This document shows, piece after piece, positions 29,733 through 39,568 of a stretch of 64,000 nt of DNA. The notes below the pieces were generated by a model, which was not told the DNA's origin, made no database searches, and was given only the letters and a program-made list of their open reading frames with translations. The DNA is taken from the NCBI GenBank assembly GCA_965250285.1, contig OZ252299.1, positions 4,352,001 through 4,416,000 on the forward strand. Reading direction: 5' to 3'. The DNA is from Myxococcota bacterium (GTDB lineage Bacteria; Myxococcota_A; UBA9160; UBA4427). Every line of letters starts with the position of its first letter. The stretch's first letter is position 1. The translations under genes and the position numbers were made by a program.

Positions 29733-30629
29733 ATGGCGAGCGAGCAGTACCACGCATTGATGGCCGCCCTGCCCGGCGGCGACGTGCACCACGAAGACCC
29801 GATCGAGATCGTGCGCGAGAAGATGCACGCGATCCATCCGAACGCGGCGAGCCCGGGCACCGTGGTCGAGCCGGTCGAACTCGACGGCATCGAGGCCAAG
29901 TGGATCTACCTGCCCGAGCACCGCGACAGCCCGCGCGTCGTGCTGCACGTGCACGGCGGCGCGTTCGTCTCGACGGTCATCGACCACTACTTGATGTACG
30001 GCGAGCACCTCTCTCGCCATTGCGATGCGAAGGTCGTCTGCTTTCAGTGGACCTGGGCCGACGAGGCGCCCTACCCCCGCGCCGTCGACGACACGGTGCA
30101 GGCCTACCGTGCGCTCGTCGCTTCGGGCATCGCGCCCGACCGCATCGTCGTCGCCGGCGATTCGTGCGGGGGCGGGATCGGCCTCGCCGCGCTCTGCGCG
30201 CTGCGCGACGCCGGCGATCCTTTGCCCGCCGGCCTGGTGGGGCTCACCCCGTGGCTCGATGCCGAGCAAACGGGCGACGCGGCGGTTCATCCGAGGGGCG
30301 ACGACCCGTTCGTCGAGGCGAAGTGGATCCGCGCGCGCTTTCGCGACTACGCGGGACCGAACGGCGACCTGACCGACCCCGGGATCTCACCGATGCATGC
30401 CGACCTGACGGGTCTGCCGCCGATGTACCTGGCGGTGGGCGAGATCGACACGACGTCGGACGATTCGACGCGCCTCGCGATGCGCGCCGCGCAGACCGGC
30501 GCGTCGGTGATCCTCGACTGCGCCGCCGAGATGGTGCACGGCTATCTCGGGCTCTGCGGGATGTTCCCCGAGGCGACCGAGGGCATGCAGCGCGTCGGCG
30601 CGTTCGTCAAGCAGCGCGTGCCGGGCTGA
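29733..30629 (+). CDS. Alpha/beta hydrolase (HSL family esterase)
   Basis: HGGAF oxyanion motif, GDSCGG nucleophile and MVHG. Confidence 0.88.
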   Translation: MASEQYHALMAALPGGDVHHEDPIEIVREKMHAIHPNAASPGTVVEPVELDGIEAKWIYLPEHRDSPRVVLHVHGGAFVSTVIDHYLMYGEHLSRHCDAKVVCFQWTWADEAPYPRAVDDTVQAYRALVASGIAPDRIVVAGDSCGGGIGLAALCALRDAGDPLPAGLVGLTPWLDAEQTGDAAVHPRGDDPFVEAKWIRARFRDYAGPNGDLTDPGISPMHADLTGLPPMYLAVGEIDTTSDDSTRLAMRAAQTGASVILDCAAEMVHGYLGLCGMFPEATEGMQRVGAFVKQRVPG

Positions 30630-30664
30630 GCCCGGGCGCACTGCCGGGGGCGAGAAGACGCGCT

Positions 30665-31153
30665 TCAGTCGCCGAGCATCGCGACGAGGGCGTCGAGCTT
30701 GTCAGCACTCTCCCGCTCGAGCGCGGAGAGGGCATCGAGTTCGTCCCGATCGGCCTGGGGCATGTCGTCGCGCTTGAGACCCTGCCAGGCCTGGGCCCCC
30801 TGGCGCTCGGCGATGGCCTGCAGCGCGAGCTGCTCCTTCAAGGGCAACGCATCGAAGGTCGCGTAGTAGGTGTCGCGGGCCCCGGGCAGCGCCGCCTCGA
30901 TGGCAGCGAGATCGCTCGCCACCACCGGGAACAGCGCGTCGGCCCGAATCGCGATCTGCTCCTCACTCGCCGCGCACCCGAGCAAGACATCGGCATGCTC
31001 GGGGAGCGCCGCGGCCCAGGCGCGGTAGCGGTCGGCCGCTCCGCGCTCGAGGCGCGCCAGGAACCGCGGCACCGACGCCGCGGGCACCTGCGAGAGATAG
31101 GGCCCGAGCAGGGCGCCGAAGTTCGGTGCATCAGCGGGGATCGATTCGGCCAT
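30665..31153 (-). CDS. Hypothetical helical protein (possibly ferritin-like fold)
   Basis: Duplicated helix pattern LERGAADRY / AERQGAQAW with spaced Glu residues. Confidence 0.55.
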   Translation of the reverse strand: MAESIPADAPNFGALLGPYLSQVPAASVPRFLARLERGAADRYRAWAAALPEHADVLLGCAASEEQIAIRADALFPVVASDLAAIEAALPGARDTYYATFDALPLKEQLALQAIAERQGAQAWQGLKRDDMPQADRDELDALSALERESADKLDALVAMLGD

Positions 31154-31253
31154 GCGGCCCAGGCTAGCCGATCGGTTGGCCCGTGCGGACGCGACGCCGA
31201 AGCGGGTAGGCTCTGCGCCACGAGACCGCGAGGTCTCGAGAGGAGGACGTCCC

Positions 31254-32027
31254 ATGGGAACCATCGCCATCACGGGGGCCGCTTCGGGCATCTGCGCGGC
31301 CGCCGCCGACCGACTGAAGCGCGAGGGGCACCACATCATCGGCGTCGACGTCCAGCCGACCGACGTCGTCGCCGACCTCGGCACCGAGTCGGGGCGCGCG
31401 CATGCGTCCGAGCGCGTCCGCGAACTCGCCTCGGGTCGACTCGACGGCCTCGTCTCGGGTGCCGCGCTCGGCCCCTACGCCGACCCTGCATCGATCATCC
31501 GCGTCAACTACTTCGGCGCGGTGGCCATCCTCGAAGACTTGAAGGACGTGCTCGCCGCCGGCGACGCGCCCGCCGCCGTCGCGATCTCGTCGATCGGCGC
31601 GATCTTCGCCGACGTCGTCCCCGACAACGGCGTGCCCGCGTGCCTCGACGCCTGCCTCGCGGGCGACGAAGCCGCGGCCGTCGACGCCATCGAAGGTCGC
31701 GACGGTACGACGGCCTACAGCTGCGCCAAGCGCGCGCTGGCGTTCAAGGTGCGCGCGCTCACCGCCGACTGGGGCGCCGCCGGCATTCGACTGAACGCCG
31801 TCGCACCCGGCACGACCGAGACGCCGATGCTCGATCAGATCTACGCGACGCCCGAGATCGCCGAGCCCGTGCGTGCGCTGCCGATTCCGATCGGACGCAC
31901 CGCACCCGCCGAAGAGCTCGCGAGCGTCGTGTGCTTCCTGCTGGGCCCCGATGCACGCTTCGTCCACGGCGCGGTGCTTCACGCCGACGGTGGATCGGAC
32001 GCACTGGTGCGGCCCACGACGATCTAG
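31254..32027 (+). CDS. SDR family oxidoreductase (3-alpha-HSD-like)
   Basis: TGAASGI, VNYFGA, YSCAK, NAVAPG.TETP and ADGG.DA. AGGAGG RBS. Confidence 0.88.
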   Translation: MGTIAITGAASGICAAAADRLKREGHHIIGVDVQPTDVVADLGTESGRAHASERVRELASGRLDGLVSGAALGPYADPASIIRVNYFGAVAILEDLKDVLAAGDAPAAVAISSIGAIFADVVPDNGVPACLDACLAGDEAAAVDAIEGRDGTTAYSCAKRALAFKVRALTADWGAAGIRLNAVAPGTTETPMLDQIYATPEIAEPVRALPIPIGRTAPAEELASVVCFLLGPDARFVHGAVLHADGGSDALVRPTTI

Positions 32028-32331
32028 CCCACCTGACCCGCTGGTCGTCGGCACCGACGCAGGCGCACGCCTTGATGTGCGTCGCGTCACGCGTGTGACC
32101 CACTCATCCAAGCTGTGAACCGATTCGTTCGCACCGCGCGTTCAGCGGTGTCGTGTGTCATGAGACGGCCGACACACGCGCGCGACGACTTGGCGCGGAG
32201 TGATCGGCCGGGTGATTGCAGTCACGGGCGATTCACCTGCCGAACCGATTCATGCCCCATCAACCCTCGAGCCTGCGCATCGGCTCGGGGAGCTCTCATG
32301 AACGCGCCGCCGGGCGCGTTCACACCAGGGG

Positions 32332-34092
32332 ATGGATCTGATCATGGAGCGAAAACGTCGAAACGAACTGATCACGGTGATGACCGTCGGGCTCACCGCC
32401 CTCACCACACCCGCGACGAGCGCGTTTGCGCAGAGCAAGACGAAGGAGGTATCGCCCGCGCGCCAGGTCGAGCGCCGCGACCGCGACTCACACCACGAAG
32501 ACACGCGACGTGATCGCAAGTCCGACTTCCGCACGCTCGATGGCAGTGAGAACCACACCGGCGATCCCGCGATGAACGCCACCGACACCCCCCTGCTGCG
32601 GGTGATGGGCGCCGACTACAGCGACGGGCTGTCGGCGATGTCGGGCATCGACCGTCCGAGCGCGCGCGTCGTGAGCAACGCCGTCTGCGATCAGTCGGAG
32701 CTGATCGCCAACCCCTTCGGCACCAGCGACTTTCTCTGGCAGTGGGGGCAGTTCCTCGATCACGACATCGATCTGACCGAGGGCACCGATCCGCCCGAGC
32801 CGGCGCCGATCCCGGTGCCGGCGGGTGATCCGTTCTTCGACCCACAGGGCACGGGCGCGGTGTTCATTCCCTTCAACCGCTCGATCCATGACCACGACGC
32901 CGAGCCCGGAGACGTGCGCGAGCAGCTGAACGAGATCACGGGCTGGATCGACGCCTCGAACGTCTACGGCTCCGACGAAGAGCGGGCCGCGTTGCTCCGG
33001 ACGCTCGACGGCACGGGACGGCTGCGCGTCGGCCCGGGCGACCTGCTGCCCGATGACGAAGCCACGGGCGACAACGCCACAGGCGGCTCGGCTCAGATCA
33101 TGTTCATCGCCGGCGACATCCGCGCGAACGAGCAGGTCGGCCTCGCCGCCATGCACACCCTCTTCGTGCGTGAGCACAACCGCGTGGCCGACGAGCTGCG
33201 GCGCGCGAACCCGAAGGCGAGCGGCGATGAGATCTACGAACGTGCCCGCATCTGGGTGGGGGCCCTGATGCAGGCCATCACCTATCGCGAGTTCCTGCCC
33301 GCGCTGCTCGGTCGAGACGCTCTGCCCCGGTACGAGGGCTACGACCCCGACGTCGACGCGCGCATCGCGAACGCCTTCTCGACCGCGGCGTACCGCTTTG
33401 GCCACAGCGCGCTCTCGCCGACGCTGCTGCGCCTCGACGCGAATCTGCAGGAGATCCCCGAAGGCTCACTCGCGCTCCGCGATGCCTTCTTCAGCCCGGA
33501 TCGCATCCGCGACGAAGGCGGCATCGAGCCGATCCTGCGCGGGCTCTCACAGCAGGCGCACCAACGCATCGACCCGCTCGTGATCGACGACGTGCGCAAC
33601 TTCCTCTTCGGCCCGCCCGGCGCAGGCGGCTTCGACCTCCCGGCGCTGAACCTGCAGCGCGGCCGCGACCACGGCCTGCCGAGCTATGCGGAGGCACGCC
33701 GCAAGTACGGCCTGTCGCGCGCAAGAAGCTTCGCCGACGTGTCGAGCGATCCGGCCGTCCAGACGCGGCTCGCCGAGGCGTACGGGGACGTCGCGTCGAT
33801 CGATCTCTGGGTGGGCGGCCTCGCTGAAGATCCCGAACGTGGTAGCCAGCTCGGACCGCTCTTCACGCGCATCATCGCCGACCAGTTCGCCGCGCTGCGC
33901 GACGGCGATCGCTACTGGTACGAGCGCACGATGAGCGAAGAGGAGATCCGCGCCGTCAACGACACGCGGCTCGCCGACGTGATTCGCCGCAACACCACGA
34001 TCGGCAGCGAGCTGCCGAGAGACGTGTTCCGGGTCGGTGGCTCGGGCGGAGGATCGGAGCGAGACCGCGACGGTCGTCGGCGACGTCGCTAG
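32332..34092 (+). CDS. Secreted animal-type heme peroxidase (peroxidase-cyclooxygenase superfamily)
   Basis: RTLDGSEN, WGQFLDHDI (distal His), GDIRANE, YRFGHS (proximal His), NLQRGRDHG and LRDGDRYWY. Signal peptide; alternative start at 32344. Confidence 0.92.
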   Translation: MDLIMERKRRNELITVMTVGLTALTTPATSAFAQSKTKEVSPARQVERRDRDSHHEDTRRDRKSDFRTLDGSENHTGDPAMNATDTPLLRVMGADYSDGLSAMSGIDRPSARVVSNAVCDQSELIANPFGTSDFLWQWGQFLDHDIDLTEGTDPPEPAPIPVPAGDPFFDPQGTGAVFIPFNRSIHDHDAEPGDVREQLNEITGWIDASNVYGSDEERAALLRTLDGTGRLRVGPGDLLPDDEATGDNATGGSAQIMFIAGDIRANEQVGLAAMHTLFVREHNRVADELRRANPKASGDEIYERARIWVGALMQAITYREFLPALLGRDALPRYEGYDPDVDARIANAFSTAAYRFGHSALSPTLLRLDANLQEIPEGSLALRDAFFSPDRIRDEGGIEPILRGLSQQAHQRIDPLVIDDVRNFLFGPPGAGGFDLPALNLQRGRDHGLPSYAEARRKYGLSRARSFADVSSDPAVQTRLAEAYGDVASIDLWVGGLAEDPERGSQLGPLFTRIIADQFAALRDGDRYWYERTMSEEEIRAVNDTRLADVIRRNTTIGSELPRDVFRVGGSGGGSERDRDGRRRRR

Positions 34093-34157
34093 CCCGACGC
34101 TGCATCTGACGCGGGATCGTCGTCGCTGCGGCGACGGTCCCGCATCGCCTTGCAGCT

Positions 34158-34946
34158 TCAGGCATTGCGCACGGTCTGTCCGCCATCCACCAGGAGGTGG
34201 ACGCCGTTGATGTACGACGCCGCAGGCAGCACCAGACTCAGCGTGGCGTGGGCGACCTCTTCGGGCTCGCCGTAGCGCTCGAGCGGCACGCGCCGTCGCG
34301 CGAACTTCGCCTTCGCGTCGTCGGGGATCGGCGCGGTCATCCCCGTCTTGATCGGCCCCGGGCAGATGCAGTTGACCGTGATGCCACGCGTCGCGAGCTC
34401 GACGGCGAGCGAACGCGTCAGGCCGATCACGCCGTGCTTCGTCACGGTGTACGGACTCCCGAACTTCGTCGCGCCCACGCCTTCGGTCGACGCGATGTTC
34501 ACGATGCGGCCCGCGCCGTCGGCCTCGAGATGCGGCAGCGCCGACTGGATCACGTGAATCTGCCCCTCGAGGTTCACGGCCAGCGCGAGCTGCCACGCCG
34601 CGGCGTGGCCCTCGTGGTCGATGGGTGCAAAGCTCGAGACGCCCGCGTTGTTCACCACGATGCCGAGACCGCCGAAACGCTCGACGATCTCGCCGACCAC
34701 TCGAGCCACCGCGGCGGCGTCCCCCACATCGAGCACCCAGCCGGCCGCGCTCCCGCCGGCCCCTTCGATCTCGGCGACCACGGCTTCGACCCTGGCAGCG
34801 TCGACGTCGGTGACGGCGACGTGGGCCCCTTCGTCGGCGAACAGGTGGGCGGTCGCCCGACCCATCCCGCTCGCGGCACCCGTCACCAGCGCGACGCGGC
34901 CTTCGATCGAACGGGAGAGTCGGGTCAGTCGGCGCGCTTCGGTCAC
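34158..34946 (-). CDS. SDR family oxidoreductase
   Basis: TGAASGMG, NNAG, YTVTK and NCICPG. Confidence 0.9.
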   Translation of the reverse strand: MTEARRLTRLSRSIEGRVALVTGAASGMGRATAHLFADEGAHVAVTDVDAARVEAVVAEIEGAGGSAAGWVLDVGDAAAVARVVGEIVERFGGLGIVVNNAGVSSFAPIDHEGHAAAWQLALAVNLEGQIHVIQSALPHLEADGAGRIVNIASTEGVGATKFGSPYTVTKHGVIGLTRSLAVELATRGITVNCICPGPIKTGMTAPIPDDAKAKFARRRVPLERYGEPEEVAHATLSLVLPAASYINGVHLLVDGGQTVRNA

Positions 34947-35193
34947 TGTTGCCTCCGGGTCTCGGGGAGCGCGCACTGTAGCGTGCGCGCCCCGCTCACT
35001 CGTGGGCGGCTGCGCGCGCCCCGGCACGGGTCGCGGCGCGGCTCAGAGCGCGCTCACGGCAGGCCGCACCCCCACATCAGACTCCAGGGCGCTTCGAGTC
35101 AGCGAATCCCCCGCGGCGCCGAGGGGGCCGGGGGTGCATCGGCGCCGCCCTCCGTCACTCTCTCGTTTCATCTCGCGCTGGAGGTTCCACCCC

Positions 35194-36003
35194 GTGGTCT
35201 CGCACCTGCTCGGCCTGCCGGAGACGCCGCTCGTCACGTTCCTGACGCTGGTGGTGGGCGGGCTGTCGCTCTTCTTCATCCTCGGCGCGCTCTCCTACGC
35301 CTTTTTCTTCGTGGTGCGGCGAGACCGGTTCCACCCGCAGTACGAGGCCGATGGCCGCTCGGTGCGCAAGGCGATGAAGTGGTCGGCGATCTCGGTCATC
35401 GGCAACGCGATCCTCGTCGCGCCGTTCCACTATCTGCTCGCCCAGGGCTACGGCGGCATCTACTGGGACGTCGCCGAGCATGGCTGGGCCTGGATCTTCG
35501 GCTCGGTAGCGCTGATGCTCGTCTGGGGCGAGACGCTCATCTACTGGATCCACCGCGCCCTGCACGGCAACTTTCTCTTCCGCCGCCTGCATCACATCCA
35601 TCATCAGTGGCGCGAATCGACGCCGTGGGTGGGCGTCGCCTTCCATCCCCTCGACGCCTTCTTTCAAGGCCTGCCGCACCACGTCTTTGCGTTCGTCTTT
35701 CCCGTGCACGCGGGCGTCTACCTGCTGTCGGTGAGCCTCGTGTCAGTGTGGGCGGTTTCGATTCACGATCGCGTGTCGTTCGTCCGCTGGCCCTGGCTCA
35801 ACAACACCGGGCATCACACGCTCCACCACTGGTACTGCGACTACAACTTCGGCCAGTACACGACCTTCTGGGATCGCCTCTGCGGCACCCACAAGTCGCC
35901 GTTCTACGATTGCGAAGACGTGCCCGAGGGAGTGCTCGCGGAGACCTGGCGCGCGGCGCGCGCCGAATCGCCCGAGGTCGAAGCGCGGCAGGCCGCCGCC
36001 TAG
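35194..36003 (+). CDS. Sterol desaturase / fatty acid hydroxylase family protein
   Basis: His boxes YWIHRALH, LHHIHH and HHTLHH; AFHPLD and NFGQYTTFWDRLCGT. GTG after GGAGG. Confidence 0.88.
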   Translation: MVSHLLGLPETPLVTFLTLVVGGLSLFFILGALSYAFFFVVRRDRFHPQYEADGRSVRKAMKWSAISVIGNAILVAPFHYLLAQGYGGIYWDVAEHGWAWIFGSVALMLVWGETLIYWIHRALHGNFLFRRLHHIHHQWRESTPWVGVAFHPLDAFFQGLPHHVFAFVFPVHAGVYLLSVSLVSVWAVSIHDRVSFVRWPWLNNTGHHTLHHWYCDYNFGQYTTFWDRLCGTHKSPFYDCEDVPEGVLAETWRAARAESPEVEARQAAA

Positions 36004-36024
36004 CCGGCGCGAGCGCGACGCCGC

Positions 36025-36720
36025 CTACTCGCCCGCCAGTACTTCGATGCGATTGCCGTCGGGGTCGGTCAGGATACGCGCTGTCTCGCCGCGTCGGAGC
36101 ACGCGCAGCACGACCGCATCGATCCCGATCTGCCCCTCGCGCGGCGCGTCGAGCGCGGCGGTGTCACCGCGGGGCTGCCAGAGCTTGAGCGTCGAGCCTC
36201 CGGCGTCGAAGCCATGGCGCGTCACCCCTTTCGAGATCTCGGCGGGCGGCTGCGCCTTCAGGCCGAGCTCTCGCTCGTAGAAGGCGCAAGACGCCTCGGC
36301 GTCGCGCACGGTGAGCCCGACCTGGATCGGCCGAGGCGGTGGCGGAGCGCCCAGGCCGATCAGCTCGAGGGTGTTGCCGTCGGGGTCGCGGGCGAAGCGA
36401 ATCGCGAGTCGCCCGGGCAGATCGACCCCCGGCGCAACCCGTCGCCCCAGCGCCTCGAGGCGCGCACACACGGCATCGAGGTCTTCGACGAGCAGCGCGA
36501 CGACGCGCAGGCCGATCGCGTCATAGATGCCCTTGGGCGATGACCGCTCCGCCTCGCTGGCGCGCCGGAAGGCGAGCCTCTGTGCACCGAGCGACACGGC
36601 GGCCTCGGCGCGCCACGGCGTCGCATCGGCCACTCGCCCGGCCCCGAAGTTCTCCTGGTAGAACGCCGCCAGCCCCGCCGGGTCGGCTGTGGCGAGCACC
36701 AGATCGAGTCCTTCGGTCAC
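36025..36720 (-). CDS. Two-domain VOC/glyoxalase protein
   Basis: Two DPDGN..EL motifs and GLTVRDAEASCAFY. Confidence 0.75.
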   Translation of the reverse strand: MTEGLDLVLATADPAGLAAFYQENFGAGRVADATPWRAEAAVSLGAQRLAFRRASEAERSSPKGIYDAIGLRVVALLVEDLDAVCARLEALGRRVAPGVDLPGRLAIRFARDPDGNTLELIGLGAPPPPRPIQVGLTVRDAEASCAFYERELGLKAQPPAEISKGVTRHGFDAGGSTLKLWQPRGDTAALDAPREGQIGIDAVVLRVLRRGETARILTDPDGNRIEVLAGE

Positions 36721-36894
36721 CTTGATTCTCCCTTGGTGTGAGTCTAGGCGAGCCAACCGGGGCGTGGCCCTCGTGATCGACGGGCCCGGCCCGAGCCGCG
36801 AGTGGCGTGGCTGCCGCGATCGGCGCGGGTTAGCCTCGCCGGTCCGCCCGGGCACGCCCGGCGGCCCCGGATCACCCTGCCAGGAGACGCGCCC

Positions 36895-38583
36895 ATGTCC
36901 GAGCCCCAGATGTCCTTCGAAGAAGCCTGCGCCGAGCTGACCGGCGAAGGCGGTCGTTTCGAGATCAGCGAGGCCGAGATTCGCGGGGAGACCTACCGGG
37001 TGTTCAAGGCGACGCCGCCGCACCTGCGCATCGCCTATCAGCTCGCGAAGTCGCGCGGCGACGCCGAGTTCCTGATCTACGAAGACGAGCGCTACTCGTT
37101 CGCCGACGTCGTCGGCCAGGCCGAAGAGCTCGCCGCCGCCCTGGTGAATACCCACGGCGTCCAGAAGGGCGACCGCGTCGCGATCGCGATGCGCAACTAC
37201 CCCGAGTGGATCATCGCCTTCACGGCGATCACGAGTGTGGGGGCCGTCGCGGTCTGCATGAATGCGTGGTGGACCACCGACGAGATGCAGTACGGCCTCG
37301 AGGATTCGGGGGCGAAGCTGCTGATCGCCGATCAGGAGCGCCTCGACCGCGCGAAGGGGTTGCTCGAAGGGCTGGATGCCCGCTGCATCGCCGTACGCTG
37401 CGAGGGTGAGCTGCCGCCGCGGACGATCGCCTGGGCAGATGCGCGCGAGCCGGGTGCGAGCTTTCCCGACATCGACATCGACCCCGATGACGACGCAACG
37501 ATCCTCTACACGTCGGGCACGACGGGCAACCCGAAGGGCGCCGTCTCGACCCACCGTGCGATCTTCTCGGCGCTGCTCTCGTACGCGTGCCGCTCGGCGA
37601 CGCAACAGATGATGTACCCGCCGAAGGAGGAGAGCCCGTACCCGACGTGCTTCATCCTCTGCGTGCCGCTCTTCCACGTGACGGGGCTGATCCCGGTCAT
37701 GATGAGCTGCTACCTCGGCGGCTTCAAGCTCGTGATCATGTACAAGTGGGTGCCCGAGCGCGCGCTCGAGCTCGTCGAACGTGAGCGCATCACGCAGTTC
37801 GTCGGTGTGCCGACGATGTCATGGGACATGCTCGAGTCGCCCGACTTCGAGAAGTACGACACGTCGAGCCTGGCCTCGATTGGTGGCGGCGGCGCGCCCG
37901 CACCGCCCGAGCTCGTGTCGCGCATCGACAAGAACTTCAAGCGAGGTGCGCCCGGCATCGGCTACGGCATGACCGAGACCTGCGCCTACGGCCCGCAGAA
38001 CAGCGGCGCCGACTATCTGCGCAAGCCCCGCAGTGCGGGTCGCACGGTGCCGACCATGCAGGTGAAGGTCGCCGACGAGGCCGGCAACGAGTTGCCCCGG
38101 GGCGAGGTCGGCGAAATCATGTTCAAGGGCCCCAACCTGATTCGCGGCTACTGGAACAAGCCCGAGGCGACGGCCGACACGTTCCTCGACGGCTGGCTCA
38201 AGAGTGGCGACCTCGGGCGCATGGACGAAGAGGGTTTCATCTTCGTCGAAGATCGCGCCAAGGACATGGTGTTGCGCGCCGGCGAGAACATCTACTCGGC
38301 CGAGGTCGAGGCGGTGATCTACGAGTTCGAGGGCGTGTACGAGGCGGCCGTGTTCGGCCTGCCCCACGAGCGGCTGGGCGAAGAGCTCGCCGTGGCGATC
38401 GTGCCGAAGCAAGGCGTCACCATCGACGTCGATGCGCTGAAGGCGCACATCGGCGCGCACCTCGCCGCGTTCAAGGTGCCCAGCTACGTCGAGTTCCACG
38501 ACGAGCAGCTGCCGCGCAACGCGTCGGGAAAGATCCTCAAGCGATCGCTGCGCGACGCGATCGTCGAGCAGCGCGGCAGCTGA
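36895..38583 (+). CDS. Long-chain acyl-CoA synthetase (class I adenylate-forming)
   Basis: YTSGTTGNPKG, GYGMTET, SGDLG, DRAKD and PRNASGK. Confidence 0.93.
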   Translation: MSEPQMSFEEACAELTGEGGRFEISEAEIRGETYRVFKATPPHLRIAYQLAKSRGDAEFLIYEDERYSFADVVGQAEELAAALVNTHGVQKGDRVAIAMRNYPEWIIAFTAITSVGAVAVCMNAWWTTDEMQYGLEDSGAKLLIADQERLDRAKGLLEGLDARCIAVRCEGELPPRTIAWADAREPGASFPDIDIDPDDDATILYTSGTTGNPKGAVSTHRAIFSALLSYACRSATQQMMYPPKEESPYPTCFILCVPLFHVTGLIPVMMSCYLGGFKLVIMYKWVPERALELVERERITQFVGVPTMSWDMLESPDFEKYDTSSLASIGGGGAPAPPELVSRIDKNFKRGAPGIGYGMTETCAYGPQNSGADYLRKPRSAGRTVPTMQVKVADEAGNELPRGEVGEIMFKGPNLIRGYWNKPEATADTFLDGWLKSGDLGRMDEEGFIFVEDRAKDMVLRAGENIYSAEVEAVIYEFEGVYEAAVFGLPHERLGEELAVAIVPKQGVTIDVDALKAHIGAHLAAFKVPSYVEFHDEQLPRNASGKILKRSLRDAIVEQRGS

Positions 38584-38637
38584 GAGGCCGCTACGCGGCG
38601 GCCGATGTGCCGCGCTACGCGGCGGCTGAGAGCCCCG

Positions 38638-39540
38638 CTACGCGCTGGCACCGTCGAGCTCGTCGCGAAACGACTCGAGCGCGGCGATCGTCTCGGCGGG
38701 ACCGACGAAGCCGCCCGGCCGACCGCCGACGAAGGCGGCCGCGGTGTCCATCGCACGCAGACTGACGTGGGTGCCACCGGCCTCTCGCCAGAAGGCGAGG
38801 TCGGCTGCCCGTTCGTCGGGTGTGTGCGAAGCGTCGATGACCGCTTCGAGGCCGAAGTCCTCTCCGACCGCGCGACCGTGCGATTCGAGACGCACCCTCA
38901 GGTCGTCGAGCATGCGTGCGCAGCGGCGCGGCGGCGCGCCGAAGACGAAGCCGTCGCCGAGGCGCGCGGCCCGCTCGAACGCGGCGGCGACGAAGCCGCC
39001 GAACCAGATCGGCAGGCCGGCGCGGGCGCGCGGCAGCAGCCCCGCGCGGTCGACCCGGTGAAAACGACCCTCGAAGTCGACCAGTCGTTCGCCAAAGAGC
39101 GCGCGCAGCAGCTCGACCTGCTCGGTCAGACGCGCGCCGCGCGTGGCGTAGTCGGTGCCGAGCGACGTGTACTCGACGTGGTTCCAGCCGCTGCCGACGG
39201 CGAGCCGCACGCGACCTCTCGACAGCAGGTCGACCTCGGCGACCTGCTTCGCGACGAGCGCCGTCTGGCGCTGGGGCAGGATCAGCACCCCCGTGGCGAG
39301 CTCGATGCGCTCGGTGCACGCGGCCATGAACGCCATCGTGGTGAGCGGCTCGTGAAAGGCGTCGTCTTCGGTGTAGGGGCCGGCGAGCGGCGGGTCTCGC
39401 CTCTCGTGGGACGCCGCCAACACGTGGTCGAAGAGCACGACGTGGTCGTAGCCGAGCCCCTCGGCCGCCTGCACCCAGTCACGCACGGCCGCAGGGTCGT
39501 CGCCGATCTCGGTCGTCGGAAAGATCGCCCCGATCTTCAT
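38638..39540 (-). CDS. LLM-class F420-dependent oxidoreductase
   Basis: MKIGAIFPTTEIG.D, AEGLGYDH...DHV, FHEP, ILPQRQTALVAKQ and GWN..EY. Confidence 0.88.
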   Translation of the reverse strand: MKIGAIFPTTEIGDDPAAVRDWVQAAEGLGYDHVVLFDHVLAASHERRDPPLAGPYTEDDAFHEPLTTMAFMAACTERIELATGVLILPQRQTALVAKQVAEVDLLSRGRVRLAVGSGWNHVEYTSLGTDYATRGARLTEQVELLRALFGERLVDFEGRFHRVDRAGLLPRARAGLPIWFGGFVAAAFERAARLGDGFVFGAPPRRCARMLDDLRVRLESHGRAVGEDFGLEAVIDASHTPDERAADLAFWREAGGTHVSLRAMDTAAAFVGGRPGGFVGPAETIAALESFRDELDGASA

Positions 39541-39568
39541 GCGCGATGTCCGGGGGGTCGGCCGAAGG

